Assembly: GCA_040754655.1 (NCBI GenBank)
Contig: JBFMCE010000038.1
Coordinates: 20,282 to 36,389 of the forward strand
From: Bdellovibrionota bacterium
GTDB lineage: Bacteria > Bdellovibrionota > UBA1018 > UBA923
Length of the DNA: 16,108 bases
Direction of reading: 5' to 3'
The notes under the pieces were generated by a model. It was not told the origin of the DNA. It ran no database searches and worked only from the letters and a program-made list of their open reading frames with translations. A program made the translations under genes and the position numbers. This document shows positions 1-8,262 of the stretch, one piece after another. Positions within the stretch are counted from its first letter, which is position 1, and each line of letters opens with the position of its first letter.

Positions 1-531
1 GACGAACCCTTAGACGAGAACTCGTCGCCCGGTGAAGGGTTTTTAGCCGAAGTGTGCAAAGGCTGGGAGTCTGAAAGCCTCGCTCTAGAGAGCTTAGGCG
101 TGCGACGCGCGGTCGTGCGTACCGGGATTGTGCTTGACAAGGGTGACGGTGCCCTAGCGAAACTATTGCCTATATTTAAAGCAGGCCTTGGCGGGCCTCT
201 AGGCTCTGGCCAGCAGTGGATGAGTTGGATTCATCTTGAAGACCTGGTGAGGCTCTATGTCTGGGCGCTAGAAGAACAGAACATCGCTGGCGCTATAAAT
301 GGCGTATCACCTCAGCCAGTGAGAAATCGGGAGTTTACGAAAGACTTGGCGACGTGCCTGGGTCGTCCTGCCCTGATTCCTGTTCCAAGGCTTGCCTTGC
401 GCTTAGCCATGGGAGAGGTTGCGTCGGTGATCCTTGAGAGCCAGAAGGTGGTGCCCACAAAGTCTTTAAAGCAAGGCTTTAAGTTCGCATATCCAAAGCT
501 CAGCGAAACCTTTAAGGGCCTTCTTTCATGA
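1..531 (+). CDS. TIGR01777-family NAD-dependent epimerase/oxidoreductase (YfcH/SDR39U1-like), 5'-truncated by the window
   Basis: Frame 1 is open from base 1 (DEPLDENSSPGEGFLAEVCKGWE). Family motifs RTGIVL, GLGGPLGSGQQWMSWIHLEDLV, GAINGVSPQPVRNREF, LGRPALIPVP and a DUF1731-like C-terminus SQKVVP..L..GFKFAYP. Confidence 0.95.
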   Translation, partial: DEPLDENSSPGEGFLAEVCKGWESESLALESLGVRRAVVRTGIVLDKGDGALAKLLPIFKAGLGGPLGSGQQWMSWIHLEDLVRLYVWALEEQNIAGAINGVSPQPVRNREFTKDLATCLGRPALIPVPRLALRLAMGEVASVILESQKVVPTKSLKQGFKFAYPKLSETFKGLLS

Positions 532-1232
532 ACCTCAGCCAAAAACAGGGAGAATCAAAAACACGGCTCATCCACCAAAGCCTCCCCTGGGGCGAGCTCT
601 CGTATCTCAAGGCGCTGGAACTTCAGAAAACTCTTACTCAAGAAGGCAAAGTAGGATGGCTTTTGTTTGCTTGCCCTCCGACAGTGACCCTGGGAAAGAG
701 GACTCAAGCGGACGATCTGCGAGTAGAACGCGAGCATCTCGCCAGCCAACAGGTGACACTTTTAGAAGTAGACCGAGGGGGAAGGGCGACCTACCATTCA
801 CCGAGTCAGGTTATTGGTTTTCCGCTAGGCACACTCAAAGACCATGTCGGGGACTCACGCGGGGTGCATCGGTTTCTCGAGACGCTCACCAGAGAGCTCA
901 AGAGGTTTATCTCCTTTGAACTCAGACGAGCCCAATCAAAAGCGGTGGTCATTGAAGATCTTGGCGCGCTCGAAGACCTTCAAGGCATTTGGGTTGATGA
1001 GGACGGAATAAAAAAGAAACTTGTGTCTTTTGGGATGCGCTTTTCACGTGAAGGCATCGCACATGGGTTTGCAATCAACGTGACTTCACAAACCCAGGGA
1101 TTCGAGCTGATTCACCCTTGCGGCCTCCGCGGCGTGCAGATGGCCTCTCTTTTTAACGAAAACCGGTTTTCGGAGAATGATTTTGCTGAACTGCGAAATC
1201 GTTTGGAGAAATTTTTACATGAACAAACTTAA
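528..1232 (+). CDS. lipB: Lipoyl(octanoyl) transferase LipB, divergent
   Basis: Motifs TLGKR, DRGGRATYHSPSQVIGFP (canonical RGGxxTxHGPGQ), GIWV, KKLVSFG (catalytic Lys), HGFAINV and IHPCGL (catalytic Cys). ATGA overlap with the upstream gene. Confidence 0.9.
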   Translation: MNLSQKQGESKTRLIHQSLPWGELSYLKALELQKTLTQEGKVGWLLFACPPTVTLGKRTQADDLRVEREHLASQQVTLLEVDRGGRATYHSPSQVIGFPLGTLKDHVGDSRGVHRFLETLTRELKRFISFELRRAQSKAVVIEDLGALEDLQGIWVDEDGIKKKLVSFGMRFSREGIAHGFAINVTSQTQGFELIHPCGLRGVQMASLFNENRFSENDFAELRNRLEKFLHEQT

Positions 1233-1833
1233 ACTTTACTCGTCGCTAAGATCTCCGTTTGGTCGCAGGATTCGGGTCAGGCTTGAAGAGTTGGAGCTTC
1301 CTTACGATATTGAAATGGTCAATGTGTTTGAGCCCACCGAAGAACTCTTGAGACTAAACCCTCTTGGAAGAATTCCGATTCTCGTTCTGCCCACCGAGGA
1401 AGAAATCATTGATTCCCATCAGATTGAAGAGTACCTGAGGGCGCGCAACCGCTCTCATTCCCTCTACTCAAACCCAGAAGGTATCCGTGATGCGCGTGCA
1501 CGAAGCTGGTCAGCACTTGCCGTTGGCGTAATGGAAGCCACTGTAAGCTCATTTCTAGAGACTCTTCGTCCGGCAGCGCTTCAAATTCCAGAGGTAAAGG
1601 CAGAGTTTCTTCAAGCCATTCAAAAAACTCTCAAACGTTTTGAAAGCGAGATCACATCACCCCTGCTCGCGGGCAGCGAGCTACGAGCTTGGGATATCGA
1701 CCTTGGTTGCGCGCTTGCCTACTGCGACCTGCGTATGGGCAGGCAAGTGGTAGACCGCTACCCACGGTTGCGTATCTATCTTGAGCGCTTAGAGAGCAGG
1801 GCTAGTTTTCAGAAAACTGCGCCTCCGCTTTAA
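1219..1833 (+). CDS. Glutathione S-transferase family protein (YibF-like)
   Basis: N-terminal KLYSSLRSPFGRRIRV, NPLGRIPIL (cis-Pro loop), IDSHQIEEYL, and C-terminal DIDLGCALAY...YPRL...RASFQKTAP. Start moved from 1177 to ATG 1219, which has GGAGA at 1205-1209. Confidence 0.9.
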   Translation: MNKLKLYSSLRSPFGRRIRVRLEELELPYDIEMVNVFEPTEELLRLNPLGRIPILVLPTEEEIIDSHQIEEYLRARNRSHSLYSNPEGIRDARARSWSALAVGVMEATVSSFLETLRPAALQIPEVKAEFLQAIQKTLKRFESEITSPLLAGSELRAWDIDLGCALAYCDLRMGRQVVDRYPRLRIYLERLESRASFQKTAPPL

Positions 1834-2183
1834 TGACGCTTCGCGATCAGCCAAAGAGCGGCTGCGGAAGCTAGGGCTAGTGAAAACGCCCGGTAGTAGT
1901 GCAAGGGCTTGGGACGCGAAGGTGAAATCGATTTTTGTTCCCTGAGAAGATTGCGCCACTCGCGTGACAACCCGTACAAACTCATGCCCACGGAAGCAAG
2001 GATCCGAAGATTTGCGGTGAGCGGTCTAGGGTTGCGGCTTCTCAACTGTCGTTCAAGAGTTGAAAACTCGAGAAGATAAGAGTGGGGCAATGCCCTTGGT
2101 TCATTTTTAAATTGCGGAAGTTCAAGAACCGTTAAGGCCGCTTGATCCAAGATCGCCACGGCTGAAATGACATTCGCGTTCAT
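1830..2183 (-). CDS. Hypothetical protein, 117 aa, with a C-terminal hydrophobic anchor
   Basis: Fills the gap between GST and the protease gene. AGGGGG SD precedes the ATG, and its stop shares TTAA (1830-1833) with the GST stop. C-terminus AFSLALASAAALWLIAKRH looks like a TM helix plus basic tail. Confidence 0.7.
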   Translation of the reverse strand: MNANVISAVAILDQAALTVLELPQFKNEPRALPHSYLLEFSTLERQLRSRNPRPLTANLRILASVGMSLYGLSREWRNLLREQKSISPSRPKPLHYYRAFSLALASAAALWLIAKRH

Positions 2184-2228
2184 TCAAAATCCCCCTTTTT
2201 CGAGTTCGTCTCGCTGCCTGGGAGTTTA

Positions 2229-2245
2229 AGCAAAATCAAAGCCAG
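2229..2245 (-). promoter_or_regulatory. Putative sigma54 (-24/-12) promoter for the 1830..2183 gene
   Basis: Minus strand reads CTGGCTTTGATTTTGCT: TGGC...TTGCT with the exact GG-N10-GC spacing, about 45 nt upstream of the ATG at 2183. Confidence 0.5.
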
Positions 2246-2293
2246 ACTGGCAGCATCTTGCATGGCGCAGTAAATTGCATATCGATAGATCTC

Positions 2294-3397
2294 ATGGCTA
2301 ACTGGACACTTTTCCATGTTCGAGGGGTTCCGATTCGCATTCACTTCACGCTCTTGCTCGCGATTCCTTACTTTGCGCTAGTGATCGCCTCACAAATCGG
2401 GCCGATGGCCTCACTTGCTTCTATCGACAGCAGGTTGATGCGATTGCCCGCGCTTGTTTGGGGATTGTTGCTCTCCCTTGGGTTGTTTGCTTGCGTGGCG
2501 TTGCACGAGCTTGCGCATTCTCTTTGGGCCTTGCGAGCTGGAAGAAAGGTGAGAAGCATCACCCTAATGCTGCTTGGAGGCGTCTCGGATATCGATGGGG
2601 AGGGGCACTCCGAGGCCTCAATCGCATTTTTGGGACCGCTTGTAAGTTTTGCTTTGGGATTTTTCTTTTACTCCCTCTACCAAAACACAATGGTTTCAGC
2701 GGACCTAGGGTTTGGCTTTTTCTATCTCGCTCAGCTCAATCTGACGATCGCGGTTTTTAACCTGCTGCCGGCATTCCCTCTTGATGGTGGCAGGCTTTTG
2801 CGAGCCCTCTTGGCAAAACGCATGACGGCCGAAAGGGCCACCCAAATCGCAGTGACTCTCGGCAAGGCCTTCGCAGTGGCTTTCGGGGTTTTTGGGGTGT
2901 TGACGTTCAACTTGATCCTCATCCTCATAGCGTTGTTTGTTTATGCCGGGGGCACGCAAGAGCTTCAAGTCATGAGAATGCGCAATGCCCTGCGTGATGC
3001 TCGAGCCGAGGAATTCATGGTTCCGCTCAATCGCTCAATCGCGGCCGCGACGACGATTGACCAGGTGCTTTCGGACTTGCTCCATCGGAAGGACCTTTGG
3101 GTTGCAGTGACGCATTCCTCGGGAAAGTTCCTAGGTGTCGCTGAATTGCGCACGCTGCTCACGATCCCCAAAGAAAGACGCTCCTCGATCCCGGTCGGCA
3201 TGCTCACCCGCCATGAAATGCCGCATCTCAAGAGAGAAGACTCGGGGTCAAAAGTTTTAGAGGAGATGCTTCGTGACGGACCATATGTCGCGATTGTAAA
3301 TGGTGACGGCGTGTTGGAAGGTGTAATTGATCGAGACAGTTTGGCGCAAGCAATTCGCTTAAGGCAAATAACGACAGACGACCGTCAGGCGGCATAA
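2294..3397 (+). CDS. Site-2 protease (M50 intramembrane zinc metalloprotease) with C-terminal CBS domain pair (Rip3-like)
   Basis: GVPIRIHFT N-terminus, HELAH zinc motif, GPLVS, NLLPAFPLDGGR, multiple TM segments and a degenerate CBS pair (GKFLGVAEL; GVLEGVIDRDSL). ATG 2294 preferred over TTG 2258. Confidence 0.95.
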   Translation: MANWTLFHVRGVPIRIHFTLLLAIPYFALVIASQIGPMASLASIDSRLMRLPALVWGLLLSLGLFACVALHELAHSLWALRAGRKVRSITLMLLGGVSDIDGEGHSEASIAFLGPLVSFALGFFFYSLYQNTMVSADLGFGFFYLAQLNLTIAVFNLLPAFPLDGGRLLRALLAKRMTAERATQIAVTLGKAFAVAFGVFGVLTFNLILILIALFVYAGGTQELQVMRMRNALRDARAEEFMVPLNRSIAAATTIDQVLSDLLHRKDLWVAVTHSSGKFLGVAELRTLLTIPKERRSSIPVGMLTRHEMPHLKREDSGSKVLEEMLRDGPYVAIVNGDGVLEGVIDRDSLAQAIRLRQITTDDRQAA

Positions 3398-3401
3398 AAC
3401 A

Positions 3402-3905
3402 ATGAAAAAAATAAAAACTGTATTGCTGAGCGTTGACCATAACGGGTTGCTCTGGGCGACGGAATTCAGGCACCCTTACGTCAATAACCTAATGAAAGTA
3501 TTCACGCGGCTGGGGGACTGGGATACGTGGACCGCATTTTTCGTAGCCAGCCTGTTGCGCCGAGGGAATTCGCGGTACCTCGGCCTAAGGGTCTTGCCGC
3601 GAGTACTCGGTGCACTGGCGGTGGCGTACACCTTGAAAAGATTAGCCCGTCGCGAGAGGCCCTCTGTTGCAGTTGAAGGTTTTTCAACTCTTGTGACAGA
3701 CCCGGATCCCTATTCTTTTCCTTCATCCCATGCAGCGACCACTTGGGCAGGTTGCATCACCCTTGCGCGCCAGCTTGGCGGAGTAGCCTGGCTCTTGCCG
3801 TGTCATGCTGTCTTGGTGAGTTATTCAAGAATCCACCTGGGCTGCCATTATCCGGTCGATGTCGTCACGGGCGCGATGGTTGGAGTTGCCGTAGCGAGCG
3901 TCTAA
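3402..3905 (+). CDS. PAP2-family membrane phosphatase (lipid phosphate / undecaprenyl-pyrophosphate phosphatase-like)
   Basis: All three PAP2 motifs are present: KRLARRERP (C1), SFPSSHA (C2), SRIHLGCHYPVDV (C3). Confidence 0.93.
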   Translation: MKKIKTVLLSVDHNGLLWATEFRHPYVNNLMKVFTRLGDWDTWTAFFVASLLRRGNSRYLGLRVLPRVLGALAVAYTLKRLARRERPSVAVEGFSTLVTDPDPYSFPSSHAATTWAGCITLARQLGGVAWLLPCHAVLVSYSRIHLGCHYPVDVVTGAMVGVAVASV

Positions 3906-3924
3906 AAGTACATTGAAGAGATCT

Positions 3925-4518
3925 ATGAATGGCAGGCTCTATGACATTGCTTTAAGTCCTTTTGAAAGGTTCTCGTTGCGAGAGCTGCGCGCAGATCTTC
4001 TGAAGAACGCTCGCGGAAGAACCCTTGAGATTGGTTTCGGCACCGGACTGAACTTGCCGCATTATCCGCACGAGGTCGCTCTCGTCGCCGTCGATCCTGA
4101 TCCTGAAATGCTCTCGCAGGCGAAAGAGAAAGCAGCTGCCGGGAAGAAAAAAGTAGATCTGACCGAAGCCTCTGCCGAGAAGCTGCCATTTGAAGCAGAG
4201 GCTTTTGATACGGTGGTCGCGACCTTGGTTTTTTGCAGCGTCAAAGAACCGAAAGCGGCATTGGGAGAGATTGTTCGCGTGCTGAAGCCGGGTGGAAGAG
4301 CGCTGCTTCTTGAGCACATTCGGTACGAGCGAGGAATGGCGGCGGGAAAGGTGCAAGACTTCCTTACGCCGCTTTGGATGAGAATCGCTGGCGGTTGTCA
4401 TTTGAATCGAAATCCTGAGCCGTATTTTGAGAGTTTGGATTTTAATGTCGAAAGAGCGCAAAGCTTATGGTTTGGTTTCGGTAAACTTTGGGTCCTTCAA
4501 AAAAGGTGCAAAAAATGA
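3925..4518 (+). CDS. Class I SAM-dependent methyltransferase (Methyltransf_11, METTL7/UbiE-like)
   Basis: LEIGFGTGLN motif I, VAVDP, AEKLPFEAEAFDTVV, LVFCSV, RVLKPGG, LEH and GGCHLNR. Start is ATG 3925 or TTG 3913. Confidence 0.92.
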   Translation: MNGRLYDIALSPFERFSLRELRADLLKNARGRTLEIGFGTGLNLPHYPHEVALVAVDPDPEMLSQAKEKAAAGKKKVDLTEASAEKLPFEAEAFDTVVATLVFCSVKEPKAALGEIVRVLKPGGRALLLEHIRYERGMAAGKVQDFLTPLWMRIAGGCHLNRNPEPYFESLDFNVERAQSLWFGFGKLWVLQKRCKK

Positions 4519-5897
4519 ATTCTTTTCTGGGTCGCTGGTTTTGGCTGAAGAGTATGGCAGTGGGGTTGATGGCATTTTTCGTTGGACCCGCTCATTCCAG
4601 CCAGGAGAAGGTGCAAGACAAATTATTGAAGCTTCCGCACCAGGAGTTCAGGCTTAAAAACGGTCTTCGAGTTTTCCTCGTGAAATTTCCAAGCCCAGGA
4701 GTGGTCGCCTACCAATTGCCCGTGCGCGTTGGCTCTCGAAACGAAGTAGAAAAAGGGAAGACGGGGTTTGCGCATTTTTTCGAGCACCTGATGTTTCGGG
4801 GAACGAAAAACAGATCAGGAAAAGAGTTCGGAGATCTCTACACCCGGCTTGGCGCTGAAAACAACGCTTGGACTGACAATGACATGACCAACTATCACGG
4901 CGTAGTCGCAAAAAAATACCTTCCGCAGATTCTTGAAGCGGAAGCGGATCGGTTCCGGAATTTGAGTTTTGATGAAAAACTTCTCAAAGACGAGGCTGGC
5001 GCGGTGATGGGCGAGTATATGAAAAACATCTCTCAACCCGAAGCCGTGCTCGAGGAAAAGTTGGCGGAAGCGGCTTTTAAAGTGCATCCTTACGGGCACA
5101 CTACGATGGGATATCGCGAAGACATTCAAAAGTTCTCTGAGCGTTATAAGGATGTCTGGGTCTTCTTCGAACGTTATTACCGGCCAAGCAATGTTTCAGT
5201 GGTGCTCGTTGGGGATGTTGATTTTGCGAAATCAAGGCAGCTCATTGAAAAGTATTTTGGAAAATGGAAGAACCCTCAAACTGCGCAGGCCCTCATCGCT
5301 AGCGAACCTGAGCAGGCCGAAGCGCGCAAGGTGGAATCAAGGTTAGGCCAGAAGGCCCAGACCCGGATCACGGTGGCGTACAAGATCCCGGGCTTTTCGA
5401 CACGTACTCCTGATATTGCCGCGATTGAGTTGCTTTCAGAGATGTTTTTTTCGAAAACCTCGGACTTCCAAAACCAGTTTCGTTTTGAGAAAAAATGGGT
5501 TGATGTAGTTTATACGGGCAGGGCCGAGTGGATTGATCCTTATGTATGGACGATCAACTTGAGGCTCTCTGCTCTAGGGGAAGGCAAGGAGGCCGAGCTT
5601 TTGACGGCGATCCAAACGACTGTGCGAGGCATCGCAAGTCAGCAGGTTTCCCAGGATCGCCTTGGGGAAACGAAAAAACGCTTTCGAAATGCAGCTCTTT
5701 CCAGTTGGTTTAAAAGCCCGTCTGATCTCGCGGATCGCATAGCCTGGTATTCTAATCTTGAGCCTGACCAAGGAATAAAGGCTCTAGATGCGCACTTTGC
5801 CCAGCTTGCGAAAGTAACGCCAGCGCACATCCAAGCGGTTGCAAAAAAGCACCTTGTTGATTCGAAGATGACGACAGTCATTTTAAGGGGGCAATGA
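4515..5897 (+). CDS. Exported M16 (pitrilysin/insulinase family, M16B-type) zinc peptidase, catalytic subunit
   Basis: VGSRNE..GKTGFAHFFEHLMFRGT (inverted HxxEH at 4773-4787), NAWT..D.TNY, downstream Glu in EAGAVMGE, HPYG and YYRPSN. N-terminal signal peptide ending in AHS. ATGA overlap with the methyltransferase stop. Confidence 0.95.
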   Translation: MNSFLGRWFWLKSMAVGLMAFFVGPAHSSQEKVQDKLLKLPHQEFRLKNGLRVFLVKFPSPGVVAYQLPVRVGSRNEVEKGKTGFAHFFEHLMFRGTKNRSGKEFGDLYTRLGAENNAWTDNDMTNYHGVVAKKYLPQILEAEADRFRNLSFDEKLLKDEAGAVMGEYMKNISQPEAVLEEKLAEAAFKVHPYGHTTMGYREDIQKFSERYKDVWVFFERYYRPSNVSVVLVGDVDFAKSRQLIEKYFGKWKNPQTAQALIASEPEQAEARKVESRLGQKAQTRITVAYKIPGFSTRTPDIAAIELLSEMFFSKTSDFQNQFRFEKKWVDVVYTGRAEWIDPYVWTINLRLSALGEGKEAELLTAIQTTVRGIASQQVSQDRLGETKKRFRNAALSSWFKSPSDLADRIAWYSNLEPDQGIKALDAHFAQLAKVTPAHIQAVAKKHLVDSKMTTVILRGQ

Positions 5898-5900
5898 GAA

Positions 5901-7490
5901 ATGAAAGCCAGCTATCGTGTGTTTGCCGTGATTGCAGTCTTGTTGGGTGTTTTCTCGGCATTGAGTCCTTTTGCGTATGGATCGCACTATAAGATCGTCG
6001 TGGTTCATGACAAGAATGGCAAAATCCCGCTTACAACCCTCAACCTTACTTTTCGAGTGGGCTCTGCAGACGATCCTGCCGTTGAAAAGGGGATCGCCAG
6101 CGCCACGGCGAGGCTCATTCGAGAAGGGGGGGCGCTGTCGTGGAAAGGATTGCCCGCGCGCACGCGCAGTGAGCTTGAGAGTTTTCTCTATCCCTATGCG
6201 GCTGACATGGAAATGAATGTGGGCAAGGAACAGATCTCATTTGAGCTCACCGTTCCCGCCAGCGACGCTGAGAAGATGCTTCAACTCCTAGCCCAGCTTG
6301 TGTTGCGGCCCGCGTTCATGGGCAGTCCGAAAGATCCCAAAGAGAGTGAGTCTCTTAGAGCCTCAGAACGAGAACTGCAACGGATCTTGAGCGAAGAAAA
6401 AGATTTTCTTGAGAAACAATTGCCCCAGGAAGATCAAGAAGAACTTGGGAAAGCAGTTCTTGATCAACTGATATTCGGGGAAAACCATCCTTACGCCCAT
6501 GTGGCCGCGGGCACTCTCTCAGGTTTAAAGAACATCAATCTAGAGAAGGTTCGCCGATTTTATCTCTCGCACATGGTCCAACCGAGGCTCACCGTGGGTG
6601 TGTCAGGAGTGGTGAGCGCGGAGGTTTTAAAGCTTGCTAGAGAAGCGTTCAAAGAACTTCCTGCCGCGGGCTCTTCTAAGGCAAGCCTTCCTCAGGTTCG
6701 AAACTCTGATCAGGTTGAGCTCTTGATCGTCAAAGGTTCGTTCAAAGGAACCGGCGTGCATTTGGGTTTTCCGCTGCCGTTCAATCGGTCAGCAAATGAG
6801 TTCGCCGAGATGTATTTAGCGGCCAATGCTTTTGGAAAACACCGCTCGTTCGTGGGAAGGCTCATGGATGTTGTTCGCGAGACCCGCGGCATCAACTATG
6901 GCACTTACGCTTACGTCGAAGATTTTCCATATGGCGGACATCTCACGATGGAACCGACCCAGGCGGCGCGGGCTCAGCAAGCCTTCACGATTTGGGGAAG
7001 GCCTACCGCAGTGGCGGAGAACGGGTGTTTTCTCTTGAGACAATTGCATCGTGAGCTCACTGTTCTTGCGGAAAAAGGGCTGACCCGACGCGAATTCGAC
7101 CTCACCAAAAGCCATCTTATTGGGTACATTCCCCTCTTGGGAATGAGTCTTGATCGGCAGCTTGGTTATGCGATTGATTCCCATTTTTATGGGATCCGAG
7201 GCGATTATCTCAAACGGCTTCAAAGCGAAGTAGAGTCTGCCAAGCATTCGGTCGTAAATGCGCTGCTTAAAAAACACATCAAGCCCAAGGCTTTGCAGAT
7301 TGTCGTCACCACCGCCGACCCTGAGAAGTTTAGGGCTGAAATTTTAGGTCCCCGGTGTGCTATACGGTATGAAGAGGGCGTTCAAAAAGCCCCTAATGTG
7401 CTTAAAGAAGACAAACAGATCGCCGTTCATTCTATCGGTATCAAGCCTGAGAATATACGTGTGGTAGATTCGGAGTCGCTGTTTCAATGA
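5901..7490 (+). CDS. Exported M16-family non-catalytic partner subunit
   Basis: M16 landmarks VGSADDP..KGIA and HPYA, but HxxEH is replaced by SATARL. Retains the C-terminal R/Y motif RLMDVVRETRGINYGTYA. Signal peptide ends in AYG. Starts 3 nt after the catalytic subunit. Confidence 0.9.
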   Translation: MKASYRVFAVIAVLLGVFSALSPFAYGSHYKIVVVHDKNGKIPLTTLNLTFRVGSADDPAVEKGIASATARLIREGGALSWKGLPARTRSELESFLYPYAADMEMNVGKEQISFELTVPASDAEKMLQLLAQLVLRPAFMGSPKDPKESESLRASERELQRILSEEKDFLEKQLPQEDQEELGKAVLDQLIFGENHPYAHVAAGTLSGLKNINLEKVRRFYLSHMVQPRLTVGVSGVVSAEVLKLAREAFKELPAAGSSKASLPQVRNSDQVELLIVKGSFKGTGVHLGFPLPFNRSANEFAEMYLAANAFGKHRSFVGRLMDVVRETRGINYGTYAYVEDFPYGGHLTMEPTQAARAQQAFTIWGRPTAVAENGCFLLRQLHRELTVLAEKGLTRREFDLTKSHLIGYIPLLGMSLDRQLGYAIDSHFYGIRGDYLKRLQSEVESAKHSVVNALLKKHIKPKALQIVVTTADPEKFRAEILGPRCAIRYEEGVQKAPNVLKEDKQIAVHSIGIKPENIRVVDSESLFQ

Positions 7491-8212
7491 AGACTTTAGG
7501 AAGAGTTCTTGTTTTTTGTTTGGTTTTGGGAGCGCTTAGGCTTCCTAGCGCCGGCGCGAACTCGATGTTTGGTTACACTCACATTCAGCCCAGCCCCCTA
7601 ACCCTCTCTGCGGGAAGGCTTGTCTTTGGAACGGATGTCGCTTACGGGGTGACCGATTTTTTTCAGATCGGAACGAACGTGGTGCGTGATGTCTATCAGT
7701 TCTTCAACGCCAACGCGAAAGTTTCGCTCATCGAACTTGATGAGTTCGCATTGAGCCCGACATTTAGTTTTGAAACTTATAATCTAAAGAATATTTCAGA
7801 ACTCAATCCAGACTTGCGCGTCACTTCATTCATGCCCGGCTTGACTACGGCGTATGGGCTGGCTGAAGACTTGGCGCTTTTCGTCGCGGGCAATCTCAAT
7901 ATTACTAAAACCACGCTCGTTACCGAGGGCATCACGACCTCGGGCCTTATTCGAGGCGCTCAGATTGGGTCTGATCTTTCTTGGGCGTACAATCCTCCGG
8001 CGGCGAAAAAAGGCAAAGATGGAAAAGAGGTTCGCCGCGGCGTGGGAAACGTGTTTTCAACCGGGGTGAGCTACGATCTCACGTACAAGCTCTTTGGCGT
8101 TGGTCTGAGCCACCATTGGCCGGGATTCCATCTGGGCGTTCACTATTATCCGAATGCCACCAAGTTCCCCATTCAGCCAATTATTGCTGGTGGCGGCGCG
8201 GTAGACTTGTAA
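7487..8212 (+). CDS. Secreted hypothetical protein, probable outer-membrane beta-barrel
   Basis: Signal peptide ending in AGA. N-terminal PSPLTLSAG...VAYGVTDFFQIG resembles the start of small OM barrels. Many alternating amphipathic strands (NANAKVSL, GSDLSWAY, STGVSYDL, GVGLSHHW, FHLGVHYY). ATGA overlap with the M16 partner gene. Confidence 0.7.
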   Translation: MKTLGRVLVFCLVLGALRLPSAGANSMFGYTHIQPSPLTLSAGRLVFGTDVAYGVTDFFQIGTNVVRDVYQFFNANAKVSLIELDEFALSPTFSFETYNLKNISELNPDLRVTSFMPGLTTAYGLAEDLALFVAGNLNITKTTLVTEGITTSGLIRGAQIGSDLSWAYNPPAAKKGKDGKEVRRGVGNVFSTGVSYDLTYKLFGVGLSHHWPGFHLGVHYYPNATKFPIQPIIAGGGAVDL

Positions 8213-8219
8213 GAGGGGC

Positions 8220-8249
8220 TTGAAGCAAGAATCCTGTCTCGCATAGAAT
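8220..8249 (+). promoter_or_regulatory. Putative sigma70-type promoter for the 8263 gene
   Basis: TTGAAG (8220-8225), 18-nt spacer, TAGAAT (8244-8249) within a 50-nt intergenic gap. Confidence 0.4.
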
Positions 8250-8262
8250 ATCAAGACTCCGT

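Noticed and set aside
2247..2280. Plus-strand sigma54 promoters for the protease operon
   Set aside because: Spacing is GG-N9-GC and GG-N11-GC, while RpoN needs N10. Kept only as a repeated motif in the findings.
6126..6132. G7 run in the M16 partner gene (and T7 at 9520-9526) as phase-variation tracts
   Set aside because: Too short, and both reading frames are intact.
5901..7490. Second M16 gene as a decayed pseudogene because it lacks HxxEH
   Set aside because: Full-length intact ORF with signal peptide and R/Y motif, as expected for a non-catalytic partner subunit.
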